Shown piece by piece: positions 10,293 to 20,008 of a stretch of DNA of 64,000 nucleotides. A model generated the notes under the pieces. The model was given only the letters and a program-made list of their open reading frames with translations, did not search any database and was not told the DNA's origin. Where the stretch lies: the NCBI GenBank assembly GCA_963748825.1, contig CAVVKN010000009.1:128001-192000 (forward strand), read 5' to 3'. Each line of letters begins with the position of its first letter. Position 1 is the stretch's first letter. Source of the stretch: Methanotrichaceae archaeon. GTDB taxonomy: Archaea > Halobacteriota > Methanosarcinia > Methanotrichales > Methanotrichaceae. The position numbers and the translations under genes were made by a program.

Positions 10293-11051
10293 TTAACAAG
10301 TCAAGATCTCAGAGCGCAGGTCGCTGAGTATGCGATCCCTTATGAGATTGACCTCAGAACTGGTTCTGTTGCGGGGGCGAGGAAGTGGGATCTCAATGAT
10401 ATCCTTAATTCTTCCCGGTCGGGCGGACATAATCACAATGCGATCAGCGAGGTATATGGCCTCGTCAACGCTGTGGGTCACAAAGACCACCGTCTTTCTC
10501 TCCTCCTGCCAGATGCGCAGAAGTTCGGACTGCATGATGTTGCGCGTCTGGGCGTCCAGGGCTCCAAAGGGCTCATCCATGAGCAGAGCCTTGGGGTGGT
10601 TGACCAGAGCGCGAGCGATGGCCACACGTTGCTTCATGCCCCCTGACAGCTCATGCGGATAGCGGGTCTCAAAGCGCTCCAGCTCCACCATCTTCAGATA
10701 CTGCCTGCCCTGGGCAAGACGCTCCTCAGAAGGTATGCCTTTCAATTCCAGACCGAAGACGACGTTATCGATGACCGTTCGCCACGGGAATAGCGAGTAC
10801 TCCTGGAAGACCATACCTCTCTCCGGACCGGGGCCTTTTATGGGATCGCCATCAAGGGTTATGGTGCCTTCAGTCGCCTCCTCGAGACCGGCCACTATGC
10901 GTAGGAGTGTGGTCTTACCGCAGCCAGAGGGGCCGATGAAGCAGATGAACTCATTGTCCTCTATCTCCAGGTTGATATCCTGCAGGGCTACCATCTCTTT
11001 TCCGTCCGCGAAAAATTGCTTGGATACGCCCTTTATCTCCAGCAGAGCCAT
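10293..11051 (-). CDS. ABC transporter ATP-binding protein (TauB/SsuB/NrtD-like)
   Basis: GPSGCGKT, LSGGMKQRV, LLMDEPFGALD, VTHSVDEA. Confidence 0.92.
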   Translation of the reverse strand: MALLEIKGVSKQFFADGKEMVALQDINLEIEDNEFICFIGPSGCGKTTLLRIVAGLEEATEGTITLDGDPIKGPGPERGMVFQEYSLFPWRTVIDNVVFGLELKGIPSEERLAQGRQYLKMVELERFETRYPHELSGGMKQRVAIARALVNHPKALLMDEPFGALDAQTRNIMQSELLRIWQEERKTVVFVTHSVDEAIYLADRIVIMSARPGRIKDIIEIPLPRPRNRTSSEVNLIRDRILSDLRSEILTC

Positions 11052-11201
11052 TCGAAGTGGAATATCATGCCGCGTAGCTATAGATCTTTCCATTGCAGTA
11101 TGCCATTTCTCGGGGGGATCGGGTCTTTCACCTCCTACCTGAAACAAATTCGCAAGATTAACTCTATAAGCTATAATCCGATCTACAAATGGGGCGTTAG
11201 A

Positions 11202-11375
11202 ATGAAGATCAAATCCACATTGTGGCGATTTCGATATGCTGGAATGGATTGTGCCGTGGATATGAGATTTGCGTGGGCTGCATCGGAAAAAGAGGCGAGG
11301 GCCGCGCTCACGAAGAAGTTAAAAGTCAGGAAATTACCTCAAGGAACGGAGCTTTGGCCTGAGGATGATCTTTAA
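11202..11375 (+). CDS. Small basic hypothetical protein (57 aa)
   Basis: ATG ORF MKIKSTLWRFRYAG...LPQGTELWPEDDL, divergent from the ABC gene. Confidence 0.5.
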   Translation: MKIKSTLWRFRYAGMDCAVDMRFAWAASEKEARAALTKKLKVRKLPQGTELWPEDDL

Positions 11376-11527
11376 TTGATTATTGGGCTTTGTGCAAGTT
11401 ACACGCAACCGCCCTTTACATCCTTATCATCTAGCATCAAATCTGCCAAAAATCATGTTCGAATCCCGGCTATTTCATCGCTACAGAAATTGAAACTCAA
11501 GAAAATGGGGTGAATGGGAAGAATGCC

Positions 11528-11623
11528 CTTCGCCCAGAAGCGTGTAGGGCCGGTGCAATCTTCCTTGCCACATATGCTAGTTGCACCGGCCTCTATAAAG
11601 CCGCAAGCCGCGCGGGGCGAAAG
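11528..11623. other. Nested stem-loop downstream of mtd (possible structured 3' element, ncRNA or MITE remnant)
   Basis: Inner stem GGCCGGTGCAA (11548-58) / TTGCACCGGCC (11581-91). Outer stem TTCGCCC (11529-35) / GGGCGAA (11615-21). Confidence 0.55.
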
Positions 11624-11643
11624 TGTTTTTGGGTATTTTTTTT

Positions 11644-12468
11644 TCAGATTTTCTCCGGCTTTTCCAGCAGCCGGGTCTTCTTCATGATCTCGCCGGTGCG
11701 GGCATGGGGCTTTCGGGAGACGCTGTCATTGGCCTTCTCCAGCTCTCTGGACTCGTCGGCCAGCTTCGCAGCAGCGCGCATGACCTCGTGGCCTGCGGCG
11801 GCGGCGAGAGCTATGGCCTCCAGCTCTTTCAGACGGAAGCAGGCGGCAGCATCGATGCTGGCCACGGCCTGTGCCATGTATAGAGCGCCTACGGCCTTGG
11901 CACGGGCGTAGGGGTTGGAGAAGTTCATGCGCTCTGCGCACTTCTCGGGCGTGGCTAAAATGGCGGGAAGCTTGGCCTGGCCTGCGATGATGCTGGCCAT
12001 GGCACCGTCCAGCTCTTCTTGCACCAACCGGATGGCTCCGCAGGCCGCTAAAACCCGGAGCGCATCGGAGTTGAAGAGGGCCATCTCTGCCGGGTCGAGA
12101 AACTCGCGCTTGGCACCGATGAGTGGGTCCATGGGCAGGATGATGTAGCCAAAGCCTTCTGCAGCCAGTAGGTCGCGCGACTCCTTCTTACTGGGACCGT
12201 CGGAGATGACGATCGTGGGCATACCCTTGAAAAGCTCGCGCGCCGCTGTGGGCCCGGCCGTCGCGGCGTTGGGGCTGCAGATGACTACCAATTGAGGAGA
12301 CCAGGCCAACAGTTCGGCTGCAGCTTCGCCCTCCTTCTTGGTCATCTTGGGGCCGAAGCTGACGATCTTGAATTCGATGTCGGATCTTTCCGCAATCTCA
12401 TCCAGGGAGAGATCAATAGCCGTCGAGGTGGCTATGTTTCCGAGCTTCACAAAACCGATCTTGAACAT
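11644..12468 (-). CDS. mtd: F420-dependent methylene-H4MPT dehydrogenase
   Basis: KIGFVKLGNIAT, LDEIAER, SPNAATAGP, DPLIGAKREFLDPAEMALFN, FSNPYARAKA, RKPH. Confidence 0.95.
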   Translation of the reverse strand: MFKIGFVKLGNIATSTAIDLSLDEIAERSDIEFKIVSFGPKMTKKEGEAAAELLAWSPQLVVICSPNAATAGPTAARELFKGMPTIVISDGPSKKESRDLLAAEGFGYIILPMDPLIGAKREFLDPAEMALFNSDALRVLAACGAIRLVQEELDGAMASIIAGQAKLPAILATPEKCAERMNFSNPYARAKAVGALYMAQAVASIDAAACFRLKELEAIALAAAAGHEVMRAAAKLADESRELEKANDSVSRKPHARTGEIMKKTRLLEKPEKI

Positions 12469-12908
12469 GCCGCCATAAAAGACCGAGAAAAGATAAAAGG
12501 ATTTTGTTTGCAGTATACTGATCTGGTACGCATTGGCCAGGACAAGTCAGCCTGCGACATTTGTGATCCAAAATCTAGGTTAATGGTCGTCTCCGTTAGT
12601 TCGTCCTCCGTGCGCTTCTAGCGACTCTGTGGTTTTATTCAGTAACCCCCAGGATTTGATCATTCAATACGGATTTTAACCGCAGAGACGCAGAGGTCGA
12701 GAGAGACGTGAATTTTTCCTTATTACCAACACTTGAAATGAACTGCATATTTGCTTCTGATAGCGTGCACATACCGTTCAAAGACGCATTTGGGCATACG
12801 CGAAGACCATGACTATTTTTGTGTCGGGATTACAGTCCCAAAGCACAAAGCAGCCTTCACTTTCGAAACAGCGAGGAACCTAAATAACATCTAGGTCAGG
12901 GAGAATCT

Positions 12909-13985
12909 GTGAGCGACCTGGCCGATTTTACCAAGAATGTCCTGCCATTCCTGTCCCAGCTAGAGGAGGATGAGGCAGGCCCCGATCCATCTGAGATATC
13001 GCAAAGATACGGCATTTCTGAAGAGCGCATCGTTATGCTCAGCCGAAATGAGAATCCCTACGGCCCCAGCCCGTGCCTGCGTGCCGCTTTGAAGGATGTG
13101 CCGCTGCACAGGTATCCTGACTCTCGGCTTTTTGTAAAGGCCCTCTCTGGGTACACGGGCTATCCCGAGGAGTGCCTGGTGACGGGAGCTGGCATGGATG
13201 AGATCATTACTACTATCTGCCGCATCTTCCTGGGAATGGGAGACGCGGCCCTCATTCCCGTGCCCACCTACAATTTCTATGGCCTGGCGGTAGAGCTCTG
13301 CGGGGCTTTGCCCCACTATCAAGCGCGGCTTTCCGGCTTTGCAGTGGACAAAAAAATTCCGGGGGGGATCAAGATGATCTTCCTCTGCTCGCCCAACAAT
13401 CCCACGGGAAATGCCCTTTCGGAAGAAAACGTGCGAGCTGTGGTGGAAGGCACCGAAGCCATTGTCTTTTTGGACGAAGCCTATGCCGAGTTTGCCGGAA
13501 AGAGCCTGCTAAAGTTGGTGAGAGAGTACGATAACCTGGTAGTGGGCCGCACCCTCTCCAAAGCCTTCGGCCTGGCTGGACAACGCCTGGGCTACGGCGT
13601 GGCGCCGCCTTGGATCGCCCAGCAGTACCGGCGTGTTGCACCACTGTTTAGCATAAGCAGCCTCTCTCTGGCGGCAGGTGTGGCCGCACTCCGGGATCTG
13701 GACTGGATGAGAGAGTGCGTAGGTAAAATCGCCTCGGAGCGAGAAAGAATGCGCCAGAGACTGGCCTGCGTTAATCCCTCCCAGGGCAATTTCCTCTATG
13801 TCCATACCGAGGAGAAATCAAAGGTGATTGTAGAGCGGCTACTCCGCCAGGGGATTGTGGTACGGGATTGCAGCTCCTTTCCCGGCTCTGGGGAGCACTG
13901 TCTGCGCGTCACGGTGGGCAGGCCTGAAGAGAACGAGCGCTTCTTAGAGGAATTCGAGAAGGCTGACACGACGTTGTCAAGTTAG
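12909..13985 (+). CDS. hisC: Histidinol-phosphate aminotransferase
   Basis: NENPYG, RYPD, CSPNNPTG, DEAY, RTLSKAFGLAG.RLGY. Confidence 0.85.
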   Translation: MSDLADFTKNVLPFLSQLEEDEAGPDPSEISQRYGISEERIVMLSRNENPYGPSPCLRAALKDVPLHRYPDSRLFVKALSGYTGYPEECLVTGAGMDEIITTICRIFLGMGDAALIPVPTYNFYGLAVELCGALPHYQARLSGFAVDKKIPGGIKMIFLCSPNNPTGNALSEENVRAVVEGTEAIVFLDEAYAEFAGKSLLKLVREYDNLVVGRTLSKAFGLAGQRLGYGVAPPWIAQQYRRVAPLFSISSLSLAAGVAALRDLDWMRECVGKIASERERMRQRLACVNPSQGNFLYVHTEEKSKVIVERLLRQGIVVRDCSSFPGSGEHCLRVTVGRPEENERFLEEFEKADTTLSS

Positions 13986-14032
13986 AGTTTTTCCCTCATA
14001 ATTCAACATAACTAAGTGAAACGGCGACGCAT

Positions 14033-14053
14033 CCACGCAGCAATTCTGCGGGG
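14033..14053. repeat. Short palindrome CCACGCAG-CAATT-CTGCGGGG between convergent genes (terminator or REP/IS200-like hairpin)
   Basis: Imperfect 8-bp stem (one mismatch) followed by TATT. Confidence 0.45.
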
Positions 14054-14089
14054 TATTGCGTTTAAAAATAAAATAGTTTCCTTTGGCCC

Positions 14090-14743
14090 TCACGGGCAGG
14101 GCAGGGTTAAGAGAGATGCATTGCCACTCTCCAGTGACATCCTCATATTAGTATATCCCGAATAGGCTCCATTCATGACATAGATGGGCACTGCACTGGA
14201 GCCCTTTTGCACCCGAGCTCCCACTCTGGCCGTCCCCTCTACCTCTGAATGGATGCTGTAGACCGAGTTCTGGTCAGTCTGGCTGGCGGATGTATCCTTG
14301 ATCAGTTCCACCAGACCTGAGTAGCTCTCCGAGTAGACCGATCCCACCTCATAGTTTTTAACGCAAAGGGCGTTCTTTAGCTCGCTATTGGTTATCGGTG
14401 CACTGTATCTGGATGGCCTGTTCTGGAATACACCCCATTCGTTCGCCCAGATCTCATTGTAGCCGTCTTCAAAGCCGCCGTAGACCTGAGCATTGATGGA
14501 TCGGGACACAGTTCCGGTGCCTCTCGTTCCCGTGACCATCTTCTGTCCATGAAAACCGGCTTCCGACTGGTAGATACGCATATCGTCTGTGGTTCCCTGG
14601 TTATAGATCCAGGAATGCTCTGTGAGGTTCTGTTCCACGCCGTTTACCGCAGGAACAAGTATGTTAGTGCCGGTAATGATAAAAAATGCCGATATTATCA
14701 TCAATCCGAGCTTTAACGATCCTGGCCACCATCTCATCTGCAC
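14090..14743 (-). CDS. Secreted/surface hypothetical protein
   Basis: N-terminal hydrophobic signal, S/G/Y-rich beta-like body, ends LPCP. Confidence 0.7.
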   Translation of the reverse strand: MQMRWWPGSLKLGLMIISAFFIITGTNILVPAVNGVEQNLTEHSWIYNQGTTDDMRIYQSEAGFHGQKMVTGTRGTGTVSRSINAQVYGGFEDGYNEIWANEWGVFQNRPSRYSAPITNSELKNALCVKNYEVGSVYSESYSGLVELIKDTSASQTDQNSVYSIHSEVEGTARVGARVQKGSSAVPIYVMNGAYSGYTNMRMSLESGNASLLTLPCP

Positions 14744-14794
14744 ACCTCAACCTCAAGTAACATCATGGCTGGACATTGAATATAAAACTGATCC

Positions 14795-15670
14795 CTATCG
14801 GCCCCTATTGCGTCCTCTCTGCTTGATATCTCTCAGACGTGCTTCCAGAGATGCCTGCAGATCCAAAGAGAGACCTGCCCCAAAATAGTCCAGGCGGGAG
14901 GCAATTGCCAGCTTTGCCGCCAGGGTCCGGGCCACACGTCCCCGCAGCTTTTTGGCAGATCCTATCACGGCAGGATGGCGGAAGATGATGCCGTGCTTGG
15001 GAGAGGGAGCCTGGCCCTTGAGATGCTTGAAGAGAGACTTCTCCGCACCCATGACCTGCACTCGACTGGAGGGCATCTTCGCCAGACGGGAGAGGCCGCC
15101 CGCCCGGGAGATGAGCCTTGCCGCCAGGATCGGTCCGGCGAGAGCTGAGAGATTGGGGGCCAGAGCCTGCGAAGCGGCGGAGACGTCCGTTTCCGTGGCC
15201 TTGCGGGACTCCCGCAGGCTCAAAATCGCTTTTGCCAGCGTGCCCATATTTTCGTCTTCTTTCAGACCTTCCGCCAGATCCTTTCCATGGACGATCTCCT
15301 GGCTGTGCAGGCGGGACCACTCGTAGAGCCTCTCGTCCAGCAGATTGATCGCCTGAGACAAATTATCCAGGGCCTCCATGGCCTGGAGCAGATCCTGCTC
15401 AACGGTGCTGCCGGCCAGAATGCTCCGTCGCACCAGGCCCAGGGCCGCCTCTCGCAGCAGCCGGTTATATTCTCCGTCGTCAACTGCAAAGCCGCAGGCT
15501 TTGGCCAGGGCGCGCAGATCGGGCTGGGGAAGAGGAAAAGCACTGGCTGGCTCCTGCGGGAGCTGCTGGGGCTTTATCATCCCGTCCGCCTCTTCTGCGC
15601 CAAGCATGGATCCGGTCAGCAAACATCCGGTCTGCAGGTCAACTCTTCCAAACCAGGTTAGGATCTCCAT
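14795..15670 (-). CDS. nop5: Nop5/Nop56 family C/D box RNP protein
   Basis: ERLYEW, APNLS.LAG..LAARLI..AG, QVMGAEKSLF, PKHGIIF, GRVAR.LAAK.AIA.R.D. Confidence 0.92.
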   Translation of the reverse strand: MEILTWFGRVDLQTGCLLTGSMLGAEEADGMIKPQQLPQEPASAFPLPQPDLRALAKACGFAVDDGEYNRLLREAALGLVRRSILAGSTVEQDLLQAMEALDNLSQAINLLDERLYEWSRLHSQEIVHGKDLAEGLKEDENMGTLAKAILSLRESRKATETDVSAASQALAPNLSALAGPILAARLISRAGGLSRLAKMPSSRVQVMGAEKSLFKHLKGQAPSPKHGIIFRHPAVIGSAKKLRGRVARTLAAKLAIASRLDYFGAGLSLDLQASLEARLRDIKQRGRNRGR

Positions 15671-15726
15671 TTGCTTATACTCCAGCCCGGTCTGGAATAG
15701 ATTACTTTCGCCCCGCACAGATTTAG

Positions 15727-15734
15727 TTTAAATA
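15727..15734. promoter_or_regulatory. TATA box in the divergent nop5/rpa intergenic region
   Basis: TTTAAATA about 60 bp upstream of the rpa start. Confidence 0.55.
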
Positions 15735-15793
15735 CTTCCGGACCCAAGTTACAGTTACCTCTCAACAAAAAAAATTAGGGGGCTGAATTGTCT

Positions 15794-17023
15794 ATGAAAG
15801 AACTGGTTGATCAGATAAAAGCTCGTCTCAGGGATCAGAAGATCGAGGTCTCTGATGAGGATATCGAATCTCGCCTAAAGAAGCTCATAGTGGATTTTCG
15901 CGTGCCTGAAGGCGAGGCAAGAAGATCGGTTTTGAATTACTTCTTCAAAGAGCACGGCATAGTGCCTCAGGTCAGGGCCGGCTCGGAGAAGGTCAAGATC
16001 GCCGAGATCAAGGAGTCCGGCAAATGGGTGGATCTGGAGGTCAAGGTTTTGGATCTCTGGGAGCCGGCTGCACAGACCATCTCTCAGACAGGACTTGTGG
16101 GTGATGCAACCGGGTCCATGAAGTTTGTGAAGTGGACCAAGTCTGAGCTGCCCAATCTGGAGCTTGGACGAAGCTATATCTTAAAAAATGTGGTCACGGA
16201 CGAGTTTCAGAGCAGGTTTTCCGTAAAACTGAATCGCACCAGCCAGATAGAGCCGTTAGATGTCGATGTGGAGGCAAAGCCCGCCAGCAAAGCCGCGCAG
16301 CAAGTGACGGTAGTGGAGATCAATGAGCCTGGCCTATGGGTCGATCTGAAGGTCAAGGTGGCGCAGCTCTGGGAGACGAATAGCGAAGCCATCTCCCAGT
16401 CAGGACTGGTGGGCGATGAGACCGGCACCATCAAATTTGTGAAGTGGGTTAAGGCCGATTTGCCGGATCTGGAGGATGGCAAAAGCTACCTTCTAAAAAA
16501 CCTGGTAACAGACGAGTTTCAGGGCAGGTTTTCCGTAAAACTGAATCGCACCAGCCAGATAGAGCCGTTAGATGTCGATGTGGAGATCGGCTCCATAGCC
16601 GCGGAGTTCTCAGGCGCCCTGGTAGATGTGCAGAAGGGCTCGGGGCTAATCAAGCGCTGCCCTGTTTGCAGGCGCTCTTTGGCAAAAGGTGTTTGCAACG
16701 AGCACGGAAAGGTGGATGGCACATATGATCTGCGCATTAAAGCGGTGCTGGACGACGGCAGCCGGGTGCAGGATGTGCTCATCAACCGGGAGACCACAGA
16801 GAGGCTCGTAAACCTCACTTTAGAGGAGGCAAAGCAGATGGCCATGGAGGCGCTTGATCATGAGGTAGTGCGCTCACTGATTGAGAGCAAGCTGATGGGA
16901 AGATACTATTCCATAACCGGGCCGAGGATTGATCGCTATCTTCTGGTGGAAAGCATTAATGAAATCCCGCCTGTGTCACTGACACAAGTGGACGAGCTAA
17001 TAGCTGCCATGGAGGTGGCATAA
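15794..17023 (+). CDS. rpa: Replication protein A (tandem OB folds plus zinc finger)
   Basis: Two OB repeats (GLVGDxTG..KFVKW), then GSGLIKRCPVC...CNEHG and DLRIKAVLDDG. Confidence 0.92.
   Translation: MKELVDQIKARLRDQKIEVSDEDIESRLKKLIVDFRVPEGEARRSVLNYFFKEHGIVPQVRAGSEKVKIAEIKESGKWVDLEVKVLDLWEPAAQTISQTGLVGDATGSMKFVKWTKSELPNLELGRSYILKNVVTDEFQSRFSVKLNRTSQIEPLDVDVEAKPASKAAQQVTVVEINEPGLWVDLKVKVAQLWETNSEAISQSGLVGDETGTIKFVKWVKADLPDLEDGKSYLLKNLVTDEFQGRFSVKLNRTSQIEPLDVDVEIGSIAAEFSGALVDVQKGSGLIKRCPVCRRSLAKGVCNEHGKVDGTYDLRIKAVLDDGSRVQDVLINRETTERLVNLTLEEAKQMAMEALDHEVVRSLIESKLMGRYYSITGPRIDRYLLVESINEIPPVSLTQVDELIAAMEVA
16199..16585 (+). repeat. 75-bp near-identical internal duplication in rpa (16199-16273 / 16511-16585)
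   Basis: One mismatch. Offset is 312 bp (104 codons). Confidence 0.9.
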
Positions 17024-17025
17024 AA

Positions 17026-17874
17026 ATGGCAGGATTTTCACGTGAAGTGGCAAAGAGGATCTTCGCCGAGGAACTGAAGAGCTCTAACTACTCCTTCCGC
17101 GATGGCGAGGATCAACATCAGTATGCTCCTTCGTATCTTCTCACCCCCACGGGAGCGAAATGCAATCGCGTTTTCGTGGTCGGCACCCTCACGGAGAAGG
17201 ATGACATCGGCGGCGACACGGAGTACTGGCGCGGTCGAGTAGTAGATCCCACGGGCAGCATACTGATCTATGCCGGTCAGTACCAGCCGGAGGCAGCTCA
17301 AATACTGGCCAACATGGAAGCCCCTTCATATGTAGCCGTGGTGGGCAAGCCCAATCTCTACCAGACCGATGACGGAAACATCATCATATCTCTGCGTGCT
17401 GAATCCATCCAGCGGGTGGACGAGAATACGAGAAACCAGTGGATAATAGACACCGCCCGGCGGACCTTGGAGCGACTGGAGGCTCTGAAGAATGCCAGGC
17501 CAGTCCCGGTATCCAGTGATTTCGCCACCGCGGACAATGTGCCTGCTTCCTCTTCCTCGTCCACTCCCGCACAGGACACTGATAGAGCTTTGCAGCATTA
17601 CCACACCGACATCGAGCATTTCCGGCAGATGGTCCTTCGCGCGCTCTCCTCCTTAAAGGCCGACCTGGCCAAGAGCGACATGCCTCCGGAGACAAAAACC
17701 ACGAAGAGCGCGATTGCAGAGAGTGAGAAGAAGCCTGCCACTACGCCAGTAGAGCCGCAAGAGGTGCCTGCTTCCCGAAAAAGCAAGCCCAAGAAGAGCG
17801 AGTCCTTCAACGACTGGCCTGAACCGGAGAACGATGAAGAGGTAGAGACTATTAATTTCGGCAAGAAGAGCTGA
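17026..17874 (+). CDS. RPA-associated OB-fold protein (COG3390-like)
   Basis: REVAKRIFAEE, LLTPTGAKCNRVFVVGTLTE, DPTG...YAGQYQPEA. Confidence 0.88.
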   Translation: MAGFSREVAKRIFAEELKSSNYSFRDGEDQHQYAPSYLLTPTGAKCNRVFVVGTLTEKDDIGGDTEYWRGRVVDPTGSILIYAGQYQPEAAQILANMEAPSYVAVVGKPNLYQTDDGNIIISLRAESIQRVDENTRNQWIIDTARRTLERLEALKNARPVPVSSDFATADNVPASSSSSTPAQDTDRALQHYHTDIEHFRQMVLRALSSLKADLAKSDMPPETKTTKSAIAESEKKPATTPVEPQEVPASRKSKPKKSESFNDWPEPENDEEVETINFGKKS

Positions 17875-17879
17875 AAGGT

Positions 17880-17887
17880 TTTATATA
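17880..17887 (+). promoter_or_regulatory. TATA box for the lrp-top6BA unit
   Basis: TTTATATA preceded by purine-rich GAAAGG, 34 bp upstream of the ATG. Confidence 0.55.
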
Positions 17888-17921
17888 ATGTACTGAAGCA
17901 GTATAACATGGGTGAATCAAT

Positions 17922-18152
17922 ATGGTAATTGGAGTAACGATGGTAAAGGTGGTGCCTGGACAGGAAAAGACAGTCTACAATGCCTTACAGGAGATAGACG
18001 GCATTAAGGATGTCTACCATGTCTTCGGCGAGTTCGACTTCGTGGTCATCATCGAGGTTGAGGGCCTGAGCATGTTGAATAAGCTCGTGGACGTCATCCG
18101 TGAGATAGATAACGTAACCGCCACCCAGACAGTAGTCGGGGCTGAACTTTAG
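17922..18152 (+). CDS. Lrp/AsnC ligand-binding domain protein
   Basis: [15 protein letters not shown]...[10 protein letters not shown]. Confidence 0.88.
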   Translation: MVIGVTMVKVVPGQEKTVYNALQEIDGIKDVYHVFGEFDFVVIIEVEGLSMLNKLVDVIREIDNVTATQTVVGAEL

Positions 18153-18169
18153 CCCTTTTTCCCTTTTTT

Positions 18170-20005
18170 ATGGAAATTGCCGAGGAGCTGGCCAAGCAGC
18201 AAAAGGCCATATCTGTAGCTGAATTTTTTGAGAAGAATCGTCAAATCCTGGGATTCGATTCCGCTCCACGAGCACTCATCACCTGCGTGAAGGAGGCTGT
18301 GGACAACTCCCTGGATGCCTGCGAAGATGCCGGGATATTGCCGGATATTTTTGTGCAAATAAAGAAGAGTGGCGAATACTATCAGGTTATTGTTGAGGAT
18401 AACGGGCCGGGCATTGTGCAAGAGGAGATCCCGCGCGTCTTTGCCAAACTGCTCTATGGATCGCGTTTTCATACGCTACGCCAAAGCCGTGGCCAGCAGG
18501 GCATAGGCATATCCGCGGCAGTGCTTTATTCCCAGCTCACCAGCGGCAGGCCCACCAAGGTCATCTCCAAGATCGCTCCGGACAGACCCGCTCGTTACTG
18601 CGAGCTGCTCATAAATACAGCTAAAAACGAGCCCGAGATTCTGAAATCTGAGGATATGGACTGGGAACGCCCCAGGGGAACGCGCGTGGAGCTCGAAATG
18701 GAGGGCACCTATGTGAGGGGCCGCCGCCAGTCGGTCTATGGTTCGCTGAAGAGCACAGCCATTGTCAATCCTCATGCGCGCCTGACCTTGGTGGAGCCAG
18801 AGGGCAACGTGGAGGTCTTCGAGAGGGTCACGGAGAGTCTGCCCAAAAAAGCCTATGCCATTTCCCCTCATCCGGACGGAATTGAGCTTGGCGAGCTGAT
18901 CAAGCTCCTCCGCTACACCGACAAAAAGAAGCTGCGCGTCTTTTTAAAAGAGACCTTCTCTTCTATCGGCACCATCTCCGCTCAGGAGCTGTGCAGCCGG
19001 GCGGGTCTGGATCCAGAAGTGGCCCCTACTGACCTGGACCATGAGGCAGCATCTCGCCTGCATTGCGCATTCAAACAGATCAAGGTCAAGTCGCCTCCTG
19101 TAGACTGCCTTTCTCCTATTGGCGAGGAGCTGATCAAGGCTGGACTCGAAAAAGAGTTTCGGCTGGACTATATCGCCACCACGGTTCGGCCCGTATCCGT
19201 CTATTCGGGTAATCCCTTCCTGATCGAGGTGGGACTGGGATATGGAGGAGAGCTTGAGAAGGAGAGTCGCGTTGAACTGCTTCGATTTGCAAATCGTGTT
19301 CCCCTCGTCTACCAACAGGGTGCCTGCGCCGTAACTCACGCTGTGGAGAGCGTCTCCTGGAAGAACTATTCCCTGGGCCAGCCTACGGGAAGCGGCGTGC
19401 CGGTCGGCCCGGCGGTGCTGCTGGTTCATATCGCTTCCACCAACATTCCCTTCACCTCAGAGAGCAAAGATGCTGTGGCCGATATGCCGGAGATTTTAAC
19501 GGAGATCGATCTGGGGCTGAAAGAGGTAGCGAGAAAGCTGCGCCGCTACCTGAGCCGTCAGAGCGTTCTCTCGGAAAGAAGGGAGAAGGAGGAGATCATA
19601 AGAAAGATCCTGCCGCGCATCGCCCAGAAGCTCTCCGATGTCCTGGAAAAGGAGCTGCCGGATATCGGGCCGGTGGTGGCCAAGATCATGGGCAATCTTC
19701 TCGTCTTCCGGAAAGTGGAGAGGAATAACGGACAGCTATGTGTCAAAATCCAGGTAGAAAATCACAGCGAACAGTTACGGTCCTTCAAGCTGCATGAGGT
19801 GCTGGCAGTGCAGGCCGACGCCGTCTCGCCTGTCGCCAAAATCATTCCCATGGGAGACGGCTACGACTACCACTGGAAGCTCTCCCTCGGTCCGGGCCAG
19901 GCTACCACCCTCAGCTACAGTATCACGGCTGAAGGCGTAGCCCTGAAAGAGCCGGTGATTGAGGGCCTGGAAGCGGAAATTGTCACAGGAGCCAGGGTGA
20001 TCTAG
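18170..20005 (+). CDS. top6B: DNA topoisomerase VI subunit B
   Basis: [44 protein letters not shown]. Confidence 0.97.
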   Translation: MEIAEELAKQQKAISVAEFFEKNRQILGFDSAPRALITCVKEAVDNSLDACEDAGILPDIFVQIKKSGEYYQVIVEDNGPGIVQEEIPRVFAKLLYGSRFHTLRQSRGQQGIGISAAVLYSQLTSGRPTKVISKIAPDRPARYCELLINTAKNEPEILKSEDMDWERPRGTRVELEMEGTYVRGRRQSVYGSLKSTAIVNPHARLTLVEPEGNVEVFERVTESLPKKAYAISPHPDGIELGELIKLLRYTDKKKLRVFLKETFSSIGTISAQELCSRAGLDPEVAPTDLDHEAASRLHCAFKQIKVKSPPVDCLSPIGEELIKAGLEKEFRLDYIATTVRPVSVYSGNPFLIEVGLGYGGELEKESRVELLRFANRVPLVYQQGACAVTHAVESVSWKNYSLGQPTGSGVPVGPAVLLVHIASTNIPFTSESKDAVADMPEILTEIDLGLKEVARKLRRYLSRQSVLSERREKEEIIRKILPRIAQKLSDVLEKELPDIGPVVAKIMGNLLVFRKVERNNGQLCVKIQVENHSEQLRSFKLHEVLAVQADAVSPVAKIIPMGDGYDYHWKLSLGPGQATTLSYSITAEGVALKEPVIEGLEAEIVTGARVI

Positions 20006-20008
20006 CCA

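Noticed and set aside
11520-11630. 5S rRNA, tRNA or SECIS element
   Set aside because: No recognisable 5S or tRNA consensus, and mtd has no in-frame UGA.
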